Positions 45,916 through 56,522 of a stretch of DNA of 64,000 nt are shown here, in pieces. The stretch covers positions 1 to 64,000 of IMG/VR virus record IMGVR_UViG_3300037246_000990. One strand, written 5' to 3'. Made by a program: the position numbers and the translations under genes. A model generated the notes under the pieces. The model did not search any database. It was not told the origin of the DNA and saw only the letters and a list, made by a program, of their open reading frames with translations. Position 1 is the first letter of the stretch. The number at the start of each line of letters is the position of its first letter. This DNA is from a virus.

Positions 45916-46367
45916 AACACTATGAAGGTAACCTGATACGAACACTCGGTAAAGCTATTGCTTACGCAGCGATGGCGCATCAAGATCAAACAGACAAACA
46001 AGATGTAGCTTACATCTTGCATCCGATCAGAGTGGCCGAAGCACTACGCCGTGATGGTTGGAGCACCACGTACCAGCTAACAGCGGTGATTCATGACCTA
46101 GTGGAGAACACTGGTGTTGAGTTGAGTGACATCGAGCGACACTTCGGCAAGATCATACACGACAGCGTGGATGCCTTGACTCGAAGGAAAGCTGAGGGTG
46201 AGACGTACAAGGATTACATCAGACGGTGCTGCAAGGACAGCTTGGCGATGACTGTCAAGAAGTACGACGTGTATGACAACGCTGACCCTTGGCGGTACTG
46301 CAAGGACGTGCCGTACTCACGGTATGCTTGGGCGATGAGTTATATCCAAGAGCAGGAGGCAGTATGA
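45912..46367 (+). CDS. HD-domain protein, small alarmone hydrolase (SpoT/Mesh1-like)
   Basis: A..AH..Q.DK...YILHP.RVA...AVIHDLVENT...LTR...VK..D..DN. Confidence 0.85.
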   Translation: MKHYEGNLIRTLGKAIAYAAMAHQDQTDKQDVAYILHPIRVAEALRRDGWSTTYQLTAVIHDLVENTGVELSDIERHFGKIIHDSVDALTRRKAEGETYKDYIRRCCKDSLAMTVKKYDVYDNADPWRYCKDVPYSRYAWAMSYIQEQEAV

Positions 46368-49138
46368 CAGTACATTGCACTGAGTGCCACCGCGAAGCAC
46401 AAACTGTGAAGAACAACAAGCCCTGTGCATGGTGCAACGCACCGATGAAGGCCATCGGTGACTGTTGGATGAGTAAGAGCGATGGCTCGTTGTCCAACGA
46501 GGAGAAGTAAGATGGGTAGATACAAAGAACATGGAGTATGGTGGACCTCACCAGGGGTACGTGCAGCCTCCCAAAGGACATCACTACAACAGGCAGACTA
46601 TGAGTACAACCTGGCTGTTAGCAATGAGATATATTGGGGGGACAAGAAGGACGAGGCGTTCAAGAAGTACAAGGCAGAGCTTGAGAAGGCGGACGCTACT
46701 TGTACCTGTTGTCCTAAGCACGGCACCAAGTAATGACAGACAAGGAGAAGTACAACACGATACGAACCTGCCTCTTGGGTGTGATAGCGTGCTTCAAGAG
46801 CAGGGTAAACGGATGCGATGATGTTGGTTGTATCAACGACCATCACCCATCGTGCCTCAAGTATGTGACAGACATACTTGCCTTGACAGACAAAGAGGAG
46901 TAACGTATGCTTCAAAGAATAAACAAGATCATCACCAGTTTCTTTGGTGCTCTCGGTATGGCTGTGTTTGGCTTCGTCAGCATGGGCATAGACATCGCCG
47001 CAGGTGCTACAATCTGGGCATGGGTCATGGGGGCATGTACCTTGTTTTGGTTGAATATGGCACGCCTAGCCCTCAAGAACAAAGGCACCCATGAGAGCAA
47101 CGTGAGGCTCACCGATGACCAGGAGCAGAGGATCGAGATAGCAACCAGAGAGTTCCATGCTGTCGTGAAAGAGGTCGAACTTGAGCTGAAGCGAGCAGTA
47201 AGGGAGCAAGCCAATGTTCAATCAAACCAACGAAAGGATCAAGAAGCTGGCAAGGAAACGACCGCGACTGACGGACGAACAGATAGCAAGGAAGATCGGA
47301 CGCCCCGATGAAGCAGGGCTACGTCGGGTGCGTAAGGTAACGCAATCCGAGGAGTTACAGGATGAGATACTTCACAGCGTAGAGACAGGAGAGGACGAGG
47401 ACAATGAGAAGAGGCAGAGTTGTTAAGGAGGCACGACGCGCAGCAGCAGAGGCACGACAGGCTGAGCGAGACAAGCGTACCGATGAACAGCAACTAAAGA
47501 AGCTCATCTTCAGCGGGCATGGACACTGTAAGGAAGCGCAGCGTCTTGCTGGTGGCATTGATGAAGGGTCCATCGTTGAGGTGGCCGGTGAGTGGGAGAA
47601 GTCAGCGTCGTTCAGAGGGCCGACGTATGAGTAAACTACAACGAGCGAGGGGCTGGCTTGTACTCCTTGGAGAGCTGGCGTTCGTTGTTATGGCAGGTGT
47701 GCTATGCAGTAGGTTGCTATGAAAGGCACACGCAAGCCAGTGATGAGCGAGGCACGACGTAAGGTGTTGAATTTGTTGGAGTTTTGCCTTGAGTCTGACC
47801 CGTACCTATGGAGTGTAGATGAGCTAATCAGAGGCGTGAGTCATGTTGCTGGGGGTATGAGTGACGAAGAACTAGCCAAAGCACTACAAGACTACGCCGA
47901 TGGAAGGATCAAAGCAAACATAATGATGTATCTTCTTGCACACCCCAAGGTGGAACAATGACTTGTGATGTTAAGAGGTGCAGACGACTCACCTACTTAG
48001 AGTACGCTGCCTTCGAGAAGCGTACTCGATGTGTTAGTGTGTGTGAGTTCCATTGGCAGAAGCATTGCGATGAGGGTGATAAGTTTGATCTACGAGATCA
48101 CTTCTATCCTAAGAAAGTGTAAGATACAACCATAGAAAAGGAGAACGGTATGACAAGAGTTAAGTTCCGTGTCTATGTGACGAGACGATGCCGGGTGTGC
48201 AAGAAGATACATCAGATGCCCACGCACAGGTACATCGACCACTATGGAGAAGAGGATCAGGCAACTGAGATCCAAATAGGTCATGCACTTGTTTCTAATC
48301 TCTTGGAAAAAGAGAACGCAAGGGCTGAGTCGCGTGACCGTAAGGCACGCAAGGCTGGCTCGGGTAGGATGCACACCAACCAACGGCAGCGTCCCTTGTA
48401 CCAGTACTGCCTTGAGGTGACAGGATGAGTGAACAAGAACCTACCCTCAACCCAGCGGTGACTGAGGCTATCGAAGGGCTGATGAAGGAGATGCCTCCGG
48501 CTGTTACACAGGGTGTGTTCAACAGGCACATGTTCTTGGAGGCGGTGGTTGTCAAGGGGGGTGGTGCTGCTCTTGACGAGGACGACATACGAAAGCACGG
48601 TTGCCTCACCAGCAAGGAGTTCATCGTCATCAAGGATGAGTACATAGCCAAGGGTGTAATCAAAGAGGAGACTAATCTCTTTGGGGTTACACTCTACAGC
48701 CTACAGTACGACATCAAGGGAGGTGGACTTGACAACCTGCCCGAAATCAAGTAAGCTGTATGTTGAGCGAATGGAGAAAAACCAATGAACCTATCGTTAC
48801 TACAGCGACCGAAGAAGATCAAGCCGGGTACAAAAACCATGTATGTCTATTATCCTGCTATCGTGACAACTAATGAGGTGCTTAAACCCGGTGTTGTGCT
48901 CAAGATCCTCGATGTCTTTGAAGGTGACAGCACTACTACAACCACCCTCAAGGTGATGTCAGCAGAGGATTGGGACTCTCACAAGTACGGTAGAGGTGTA
49001 CCTTATTGCATCAAGGGTGATGCAGATACACGACGCGAAGATGGTGAGAGCTGTGACTGTGAGAAAGAACTGAGTGAGATGAGTGATACCTTCAAGGAGT
49101 TGGTACACTATGTCCTACTCTCAGATGTGGGGAAGTAA
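46364..49138 (+). other. run of small hypothetical genes
   Basis: coupled ORFs including 46512..46733, 46907..47311 (2 TM), 47404..47634, 47719..47961, 48150..48428, 48425..48754, 48785..49138. Confidence 0.55.
48729..48757 (+). promoter_or_regulatory. sigma70 promoter
   Basis: TTGACA-N17-TAAGCT; shares TTGACAACCTGCYCGA with 42927. Confidence 0.6.
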
Positions 49139-49283
49139 ACATGATTGAAAACATACAACTTGCTGCCGATGACGCAATATGTGAGGCACTCTGTGAAATA
49201 CCTGAAGATCAGGCTGTTGAGTACTTGATCGCTCTAATAGAGTGTGCTATATCCCAACTCAAACTCAAGATGGAGATACCGAT

Positions 49284-50336
49284 ATGAAAAGCGTGTATGA
49301 TTACCTACCAAAGATCGACGCCAACACAGCAGAGGAGATGGCTAAACAAGCTGGCCTTGACTTCGATGCTATCAAGCTGGAGATACCGTACTCGTACCAA
49401 CCTCCAATGCCTGATGGTTTGGTGGCTCAGCTCATTGAGAAGGGCTTGAGTGCGGCAGAGATTCTGAATCACATCGAAGATCACCCTCACCTCGTGCCTC
49501 GGAAGGTGGAGAGTGTGGTGCCTGACAAGGTGATCGTAGTGCGAGAGGATGACGGTCGTTACCTAGGTACAGTGGGTAAGGATCGAGGCATCGTGCAGTA
49601 CCGTGATGTGCTGGCTTTCACTGAGGCATTGGTGGATAAGGGCACAGCATCCTACGTGACAGGTGGGATACTAGGCAACGGGCAGCAGGCGTTCGTTGTT
49701 ATGAAGGCAAAGAACACCATCAAGCTGAGCGGTACGGATGAGGTGGACTGTTACTTCTACATCACCACCTCACATGACAGCACCAAGGGACTGGAGATTG
49801 TGTTCGCTCCATTGAGGACTGTCAACGGCACCATCCTCACTGGTCCTAAGTCACAGCGGATCCGCTTCCGGCACAGCAGCAAGGTAGAGCAGCGAGTGAA
49901 GCGAGCAGCGATGAGCATTGACAAGATCAGCTCCTACTTTGAGGACATGGAAGAGAACTTTCGATTGCTCAGATCAGTCAAGCCCACCGTATCTCAGCTC
50001 GATGTGTTCATTCAGTCTCTGTTCCCTGACCCGGAAGAGAAGAAGAAGAGAGCAGAGAACATTCGGGATGAGATCTACAGCATCTATCGCAACGGACCAG
50101 CGTGTCAGCTACCCGCAACACAAGGCACCATGCTCGGTGCTTACTTTGCTGTGGTTGAATGGGTTGACAAGCAGCAGGCAACCAAGACATCGAAGGTCAG
50201 GCCCAATGAGTACGATGCCAAGATTCATAGGCTGCTGGAAGGCAGCGGGGCAGAGCAGAAGGCGACAGCCTACGCCTTCGCCCTCGACATGGTAGACAAG
50301 CTGAAGGATGTCAACATCTTCGGCAACAAGGTGTAG
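49284..50336 (+). CDS. DUF932-family phage protein
   Basis: LGTVG......Q..D, TGG.L.NG, TSHD, .HS, GT..GAY.AV.EW.D pattern. Confidence 0.8.
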   Translation: MKSVYDYLPKIDANTAEEMAKQAGLDFDAIKLEIPYSYQPPMPDGLVAQLIEKGLSAAEILNHIEDHPHLVPRKVESVVPDKVIVVREDDGRYLGTVGKDRGIVQYRDVLAFTEALVDKGTASYVTGGILGNGQQAFVVMKAKNTIKLSGTDEVDCYFYITTSHDSTKGLEIVFAPLRTVNGTILTGPKSQRIRFRHSSKVEQRVKRAAMSIDKISSYFEDMEENFRLLRSVKPTVSQLDVFIQSLFPDPEEKKKRAENIRDEIYSIYRNGPACQLPATQGTMLGAYFAVVEWVDKQQATKTSKVRPNEYDAKIHRLLEGSGAEQKATAYAFALDMVDKLKDVNIFGNKV

Positions 50337-50337
50337 C

Positions 50338-50643
50338 ATGAGCGAGACACATAAGAAAATTGAGTTGTTAGATGGAGAAACATTACTCCTTGAGTCTGAA
50401 GAGTGGGCTGTTATACTCGACTCCAGCGACGGGCGTGGTGCAATCCTAGCGTATGGGTCACACGAAGAGTGTACGGTTAGCTTTGACCCAAAGCGAGCAG
50501 CTCCTGGTAATAAGTATTACTATGGTGAATACTCCTGGCTGCCAGAGGACCCGCCAACCTGTAAGTACTGTAACGAGCCTGTCCCGGATGGGATACAAGC
50601 GATTGTACACCTAAGAAACTGGGGACTAAGAGGAGAAACATGA
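50338..50643 (+). CDS. HxxC...CxxC family protein
   Basis: EEWAV, SHEEC, CKYCNEPVPDGIQAI. Confidence 0.75.
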   Translation: MSETHKKIELLDGETLLLESEEWAVILDSSDGRGAILAYGSHEECTVSFDPKRAAPGNKYYYGEYSWLPEDPPTCKYCNEPVPDGIQAIVHLRNWGLRGET

Positions 50644-51560
50644 GTAAGTTTGACCCATCAGGTAAAGCAATGACCAAAGACATGGTTAGGAACCTCGTGA
50701 AAGACGCAATGAAACGAAAGCCAGAGTTCGTAAGAGAGGTGCTTGATAAATCCAATATACCCGGTGACACCGCAGAAGAAATAACCGAGCACCTATGGAG
50801 TAACATGCCTCCGGGTGGTGTAGGTTTCATGGACAAAGCAGACGAAGCAAGATTCAGCAACAACAAAGAGGACAACAATGAGTGATGGAATGTACAGATG
50901 GACTTCAAAAGAAAGTATGGCTATCTCCTACAGTGTAGGTGAGAGCATAGCGCAGAGGGTCATTGACCTCATTGACAGGGAACTAAAGAAAATAGCACCC
51001 CGACCTGATAAGTTGCGAGACTTGTCTGAGTGCCTGAGAAATTGTCTCGCTATCACCGGGTCAGAGACGGCTGAAGATGAACGCGACGCCAAAGAGAAGC
51101 AAGCAAGCAAAGACATCGAAGCACCTGAACTAGAGGAATAGAATGGCAATCACAAAAGAAACAGCGATCAAAATGATCACGTATCTCAAGACAGAGAAGC
51201 CTGAACGGTGGAGAGCACTAACAGAAGTAAACATTAACCTCGAAGTCTCTGAGGAAGAGTGGCCGGATTACTTGGTTACATTGGAAGGTCAAGCCCCTTT
51301 CGCCTTCAAGTATCTTATCGAAGCAGTAAGCAAAGAGGAGAAGTAAAATGGCTAAGAAGAAAGACCTAGACGGTGATACAATAGCAAGGCAAGTGAAAGA
51401 GATCATGGAGCTACGTCGTGTCTTGCATGACTGTGTTACGCAGCCAGGAGCGTTGTGTCTCTACGAGGACAACGCTAGGTACATGAAAGCGCGGTTGGAG
51501 TACATCAATGCTGTCGCAAAGGCAGCAGCGCGGCAACCATTTTTCGAAGAGGAGAAGTAA
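50640..51560 (+). other. four small hypothetical genes
   Basis: 50640..50885, 50878..51141, 51143..51346, 51348..51560, all coupled. Confidence 0.55.
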
Positions 51561-51561
51561 A

Positions 51562-52710
51562 ATGGGTACAGCAGGACAGGAAATCTGCCAACAGAATGTG
51601 AGTGAGATCCTTGACATCGTGTACAGGCTAGGGCCTGAGTTTGCCACTATGATCTGGGGTCCTCCCGGTATCGGCAAGACTGAGGCAACCAAGGCGGTGT
51701 TCTCAAGGAAAGAGGATCCGCATGAGATCGTGCTGGTTCTCGCTGGATGCTCGGAGCCCACCGATATCAGTGGTGTGCCGTTTGAGTACAAGTACAAGGG
51801 TGAGGCTGTGGCTACTCGGATCCTCGCTCCCATCTGGGCGTACCATGCCAGCACCGAGGCACCCCCCGAATGGCAGAAGAAGAAGATGGTTATCTTCTTT
51901 GATGACATCGTGACAGGGCATGAGCAGACACAGGCTGCTTGCTTCAAGGTGTTCGGTGAGAAGAAAGTAGGGAACCTTCAGCTCCGTGATAACGTCTATA
52001 TCATAGCTGCGGGGAACAGGGTAGAGGATAAGTCAGCGGCGTTTGAGATGCCGATGGCTCTGGCTAACCGGATGAAGCATTACTACGCCAAGACAGACGT
52101 AGATTCGTGGTTGGAGTGGGCGATTGATAACCATATCAACCCCCTGATTACTGCCTTCATTCGGACGCAGCCTCAATGTCTGAACACCTTTGCCGAGGTG
52201 GTCAAGCTCGCAGCAGCAGAGAAAGCCTTTGCTACTCCGAGGACTTGGGAGATGATGAGCAAGGCCATGTACAAGATGGATCCCAAGGGTGGTGTCAAAG
52301 GTGAGTGGCTCTACAAGACAGCCGTTGGTTGTATCGGCTCGGGAATTGGGATTACATTCTCTGCCTTCGCCAACAACACAACCAAGCTGATTGCCCCCGA
52401 GGTTATCATCAAGGATCCGGCCAAGGCTCCGATCCCGCCCAAGACAGAAGTCGATGTGCTGTACGCTACGATCTCTGCACTTGAGCATCACATCAACATC
52501 GAAGAGAACTGGGGCAAGTGGGCCAAGGCACTCCAGTATGTGCTGCGCCCCGAGCTGGAGCCTGAGTTCGGTTTGCTCATTGCTAAAATGGCAACCATCA
52601 TCGCACTCAGTAAACTGAGTGAGGCAGACCGGGTGAAGGCAGCACAGAACAAGTACTTCAAGCTGATGTACGCAGAGTACGGTTCGTACCTCGCCAACTC
52701 GGGAGCGTAA
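51562..52710 (+). CDS. MoxR-like AAA+ ATPase
   Basis: GPPGIGKT, IFFDD, IIAAGNR, ALANR, ATPRTWE. Confidence 0.9.
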   Translation: MGTAGQEICQQNVSEILDIVYRLGPEFATMIWGPPGIGKTEATKAVFSRKEDPHEIVLVLAGCSEPTDISGVPFEYKYKGEAVATRILAPIWAYHASTEAPPEWQKKKMVIFFDDIVTGHEQTQAACFKVFGEKKVGNLQLRDNVYIIAAGNRVEDKSAAFEMPMALANRMKHYYAKTDVDSWLEWAIDNHINPLITAFIRTQPQCLNTFAEVVKLAAAEKAFATPRTWEMMSKAMYKMDPKGGVKGEWLYKTAVGCIGSGIGITFSAFANNTTKLIAPEVIIKDPAKAPIPPKTEVDVLYATISALEHHINIEENWGKWAKALQYVLRPELEPEFGLLIAKMATIIALSKLSEADRVKAAQNKYFKLMYAEYGSYLANSGA

Positions 52711-52712
52711 GG

Positions 52713-52955
52713 ATGCCTGCCTTGGTACGACAGGGTGACTGGAGGTTACACACAGCTACATCAGGGTCAGGTCGCCTCTATGTTACGCACTGGCATAGCA
52801 AAGTTGGGGGTCATAGAGGGGATTGGTCTCGATGTGGCACCTACAACGGAGACACTTGGGACCCTGCTGCGTGTAACAAGTGCGGTGAGACACCACCCAA
52901 GGAAATGCAAGGCTTCATCAACCTGATGTCATGGGATAGAGGAGAAGTAACATGA
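52713..52955 (+). CDS. family variant (HxH...CxxC)
   Basis: GDWRL, THWH, CNKCGETPPKEMQGF. Confidence 0.75.
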   Translation: MPALVRQGDWRLHTATSGSGRLYVTHWHSKVGGHRGDWSRCGTYNGDTWDPAACNKCGETPPKEMQGFINLMSWDRGEVT

Positions 52956-53155
52956 GATATCATAAACGAGAAACAATACCCGACGACGGTGACGCCCACT
53001 TCTTCCGTGAAGATGAAATACACGAGGCTATTGATAACCTCAATGATTGTTTCTTTCCGGTCAAGATTTCTGTGGTTACCAAGAAAGAATACATGGACGA
53101 TACCTACGGAGAGGGAGATTGGACCCAAGAAGATTGGGATAACAACGAGGACTGA
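52952..53155 (+). CDS. small acidic protein
   Basis: 67 aa D/E-rich, RBS present. Confidence 0.5.
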   Translation: MRYHKRETIPDDGDAHFFREDEIHEAIDNLNDCFFPVKISVVTKKEYMDDTYGEGDWTQEDWDNNED

Positions 53156-53184
53156 GTGACTGGGAGAAGTAACGTGGAGGGTGA

Positions 53185-53658
53185 ATGACTAAGAAAACTA
53201 AAGAGAGATTCTGGGCTAAGGTACAGAAGGGACCGAGATGTTGGCTGTGGAAGGCTGGTAAAAACAATAAGGGTTATGGTAACTTTTGGGTAGGAGGAAA
53301 GTGTTGTAAATCTCATCGACTATCTTATGAAATGAAACACGGGTCTATACTTAATGGCATGTATGTATGCCACCATTGTGATACCCCGGCCTGTGTAAAT
53401 CCAGATCATTTGTTTGTAGGCACACAAAAAGATAATGTCATAGATTGTATGAACAAAGGGAGAAACAACAAAGGAAAAAAGATAGGAAGCTGCAACGTGG
53501 GCTCATTACACCCACGGGCCAAGCTGACGGAGGAACAAGTCAAAGATATCCTAACAGACACAAGACTTCATAGAGAGATAGCAAAAGATTATGGTATAGA
53601 TAAATCAATAATATCTAAAATAAAATCAAAGAACATATGGAAGCACGTAAAGGAGTAA
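53185..53658 (+). CDS. HNH homing endonuclease (type B)
   Basis: RFWAKV, SHR, VCHHCDTPACVNPDHL..GT.KDN, AKLTE; AT-rich. Confidence 0.88.
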   Translation: MTKKTKERFWAKVQKGPRCWLWKAGKNNKGYGNFWVGGKCCKSHRLSYEMKHGSILNGMYVCHHCDTPACVNPDHLFVGTQKDNVIDCMNKGRNNKGKKIGSCNVGSLHPRAKLTEEQVKDILTDTRLHREIAKDYGIDKSIISKIKSKNIWKHVKE

Positions 53659-53661
53659 ACA

Positions 53662-54879
53662 ATGAAGAAAATCGACACTGACAATCCGAGAGAGAAGCTA
53701 ACAAAAGCTCGGATGCAGCTTCTAATGGCCTTTCCTTTCTTCGGTGAACTTGTAATGCGGATAGTTTTTCACGAGTCTAAAACAGCCGGGGTAGGTACTA
53801 CCTGTATAGATCATAAGGGTAATCTTTGGTATCACCCTGATTGGGTACGTGGGTTCACCTCTACTCAAGAAACTATGTTTGAGTTGAGTCACGAAGTCAT
53901 GCACTTGGTACAGCGATGCACCGTCCGGTTCCCCAACGGGGGCAACCATCAGGTGTGGAATATTGCGGCTGACATCAAGGTAGATAGCATCCTCGTTGAT
54001 GCAGGGATGGCCCAATCCAGGGTGAGTAAGAAGAACATCACCGACGAGATCATGGAGAAGTACAAAGGCAAGACCACGGAGCAGATCTATTACCATCTGA
54101 TCCAGAACCCAGAGGATCAGAAAGACTTTGGTGGTTGCCCCCACCCCGATGGGGAAGGGGGTGAAGGCCCTAATACTAAGCCGGGTAGCCAAGTTGGTGA
54201 TCGTGGCTGTACCTCAGGTGCTTTGCATGGTGAGAAGATAGACACCGAGACGATAGAGAAGTGGAAGCAACACGTTATCGCCGCTGCTATCAATGCAAAG
54301 AACAGGGGTAAGTGCCCTGGATTTGCTGATGATTTCTTGGTTGATATCCGCAGACCCAGCGTGACATGGAAGGATCTCCTCCGAAGGCAAGCTACCTCGA
54401 TGTTCCGTGGTAGATACGGCTACCATCGTGACAACAGGCGGTCCCGTGCCTTCGGGATGAAGCTCCCATCAAGGACACGTAGCCCCAATGGTGCCATCAT
54501 AATGATCGACACCTCTGGGTCTATCAGTGACGACAACCTGTCTCAGTTTGTATCGGAATGCTCCGGTATCCTGAGAGAAACAGGGTGTCAGTTCCTCAAG
54601 ATCTACTTCCATGATGTTGAGTGCTACCACATAGAGGAGTACGACCTCAACACCATCAAGAAGATCAAGGCCACACGGGGTGGCACCTCACACATTGATG
54701 TCTTTGAGAAGGTGGAAGAAAGCCGTGACAAGGTAGGTATGGTGATCGCCTTCACTGATTTAGAGACAGCGTTCCCTCCAATACCGCCTGAGTTCCCGGT
54801 ACTCTGGGCTCACCCGCCTGGATACGAGCAGCATGCAGTGCCCTTCGGGATCAAGGTGAAGGTGGACCTGACGCTGTGA
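53662..54879 (+). CDS. DUF2201-type metallopeptidase-like + VWA protein (MoxR partner)
   Basis: HEVMH, WNIAAD, IDTSGSI (MIDAS), GGTS, FTD. Confidence 0.88.
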   Translation: MKKIDTDNPREKLTKARMQLLMAFPFFGELVMRIVFHESKTAGVGTTCIDHKGNLWYHPDWVRGFTSTQETMFELSHEVMHLVQRCTVRFPNGGNHQVWNIAADIKVDSILVDAGMAQSRVSKKNITDEIMEKYKGKTTEQIYYHLIQNPEDQKDFGGCPHPDGEGGEGPNTKPGSQVGDRGCTSGALHGEKIDTETIEKWKQHVIAAAINAKNRGKCPGFADDFLVDIRRPSVTWKDLLRRQATSMFRGRYGYHRDNRRSRAFGMKLPSRTRSPNGAIIMIDTSGSISDDNLSQFVSECSGILRETGCQFLKIYFHDVECYHIEEYDLNTIKKIKATRGGTSHIDVFEKVEESRDKVGMVIAFTDLETAFPPIPPEFPVLWAHPPGYEQHAVPFGIKVKVDLTL

Positions 54880-55280
54880 GCCAAGACAGGGAGATACCCG
54901 CGCCGGGCAATGTCCTTCAGGTCGATGGAGAGTGGCAACTTGAAAATCACAACCACGACAAGGGACCCGTCATCAGACACAACTGCGACGACGAAAACAA
55001 CGGCAATACCTACATTATAGACTTGAACCGTGAATTCCCGATGTGCCGCCATTGTGGTGCTGACATACCGAACAGTATGATCTCGGGGTTTAGCTTACTC
55101 AACTACAACGAGTCCACAAACGATGAGTACTTCGTGGATCCTAAGTATGAAGTCCTAGACTTTGTCTACAACGGGCACCTCCGAGAAAGATGGGACAAAG
55201 TGATCGTAGTCGAGGAAATTGACAAAGAGCAGGTACTAGCAGCCATAGCCGAATGGAAAACTGAACAGGAGTTGACATGA
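54876..55280 (+). CDS. HxC...CxxC family protein
   Basis: GEWQL, RHNC, CRHCGADIPNSMISG. Confidence 0.7.
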   Translation: MSQDREIPAPGNVLQVDGEWQLENHNHDKGPVIRHNCDDENNGNTYIIDLNREFPMCRHCGADIPNSMISGFSLLNYNESTNDEYFVDPKYEVLDFVYNGHLRERWDKVIVVEEIDKEQVLAAIAEWKTEQELT

Positions 55281-55504
55281 GTGAAGCCGTGCTTAGTGAT
55301 TGGTTCTCAATGGATGAGAAAGTAACCCACTTCTGCGGAGGTACAACGGACGAGAAGAAAAACAACAAGCCGAAAGAGACACAGGTAGAGCTAACTAAAT
55401 GGTTCAACCCCACGAAAACTAAGGAAGATTCCGAGGTGCTAGTATGCCTAGCGTGTGGTGCTGAGCATCAACCGGATGAACCCACCGTTGAAGTTGGAGG
55501 ATAA
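55277..55504 (+). CDS. HxC...CxxC protein (divergent)
   Basis: THFC...VCLAC. Confidence 0.5.
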   Translation: MSEAVLSDWFSMDEKVTHFCGGTTDEKKNNKPKETQVELTKWFNPTKTKEDSEVLVCLACGAEHQPDEPTVEVGG

Positions 55505-55505
55505 A

Positions 55506-56522
55506 ATGGCTAGATGGACGACAGTTACTTTTGTTCAAGCCTTCCTACGCAATAAACTTGGAAGGAAAAGGATACATGGTTCCTACCGAGTGCTTGACGG
55601 TGCTCATTGTAAAGTACTGGTGCGAGCAACAACTTCTTATGGTAGGCCAAGTGGCAATGAAGTCATCGCCATCAATCTAGACTCTGAGACAGAGCGTGTG
55701 GCTTTCTTGCATTCGTTTAACACAAGGTGCTTCACATACCATATGAACAACACCCTAGACACTTACCACGCACCCAAGCTGCCTTCTAGTATGCTAAACG
55801 ATGGTCACTCTAACCTCCTAGCCTCAGGTATCATTGACACCAATGATAATGAGATACTCATTGAGATAGGAGACAAACCTTACCTCCTATACAAAAGGAA
55901 AAAGGACGATGGCCCTGTAGTAACATGGTTCGATGGTGTCTGCACATTCAACAGCGCAGACCCAGTCTCAATAAGGGTAGCCACCATCAACGAAGCCAAA
56001 GAACTGCTAGCCGATCCACCGGGAGCAGAACAACTATGTGGTCTTTGGTGGGCGCATAAGCAGCCAAGTGGGTTCCAACCACCTAAGTTGGATGATTCTG
56101 TCCTCAAGATACTTAGTAATCCTGTTAATCCACTTAATCATGGGTACCTAATTAGTGATTGTTTTATTAAAAGCGAGGGCGTTTACTCAGATGCCACTCA
56201 AACCTTGATTCCTGATACAGCACTGCTGCAAGAACCTCTCGATAGCCGATCCAGAAGTTACCTAACTGCTCGCTGCCTTTGGAATGATACATGTAAAGTA
56301 GTCAAAAAGAGGCTACCTATGGAGTACGAAGGGTTGACGATCAAGAAAGACAAGTACGCAACCTCTTCTACCCCGGATGAAAAAACCGGCTGCATCATCA
56401 GGACATCAAGCGGTGTGTTCATACAAGGCTTGATCAAAAACAACAAAGACTGGGGCCTACAGTCTAAGCTGGACCACTGGTACAAACTTGACTCCAAAAT
56501 CAATAGGATTGATCTAACATGA
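55506..56522 (+). CDS. hypothetical protein
   Basis: about 338 aa, GGAGG RBS. Confidence 0.7.
   Translation: MARWTTVTFVQAFLRNKLGRKRIHGSYRVLDGAHCKVLVRATTSYGRPSGNEVIAINLDSETERVAFLHSFNTRCFTYHMNNTLDTYHAPKLPSSMLNDGHSNLLASGIIDTNDNEILIEIGDKPYLLYKRKKDDGPVVTWFDGVCTFNSADPVSIRVATINEAKELLADPPGAEQLCGLWWAHKQPSGFQPPKLDDSVLKILSNPVNPLNHGYLISDCFIKSEGVYSDATQTLIPDTALLQEPLDSRSRSYLTARCLWNDTCKVVKKRLPMEYEGLTIKKDKYATSSTPDEKTGCIIRTSSGVFIQGLIKNNKDWGLQSKLDHWYKLDSKINRIDLT

Noticed and set aside
46501-53172. Recurrent GGAGAAGTAA motif as a separate element
   Set aside because: In most copies it is explained by a Shine-Dalgarno sequence overlapping the upstream stop codon in coupled genes.
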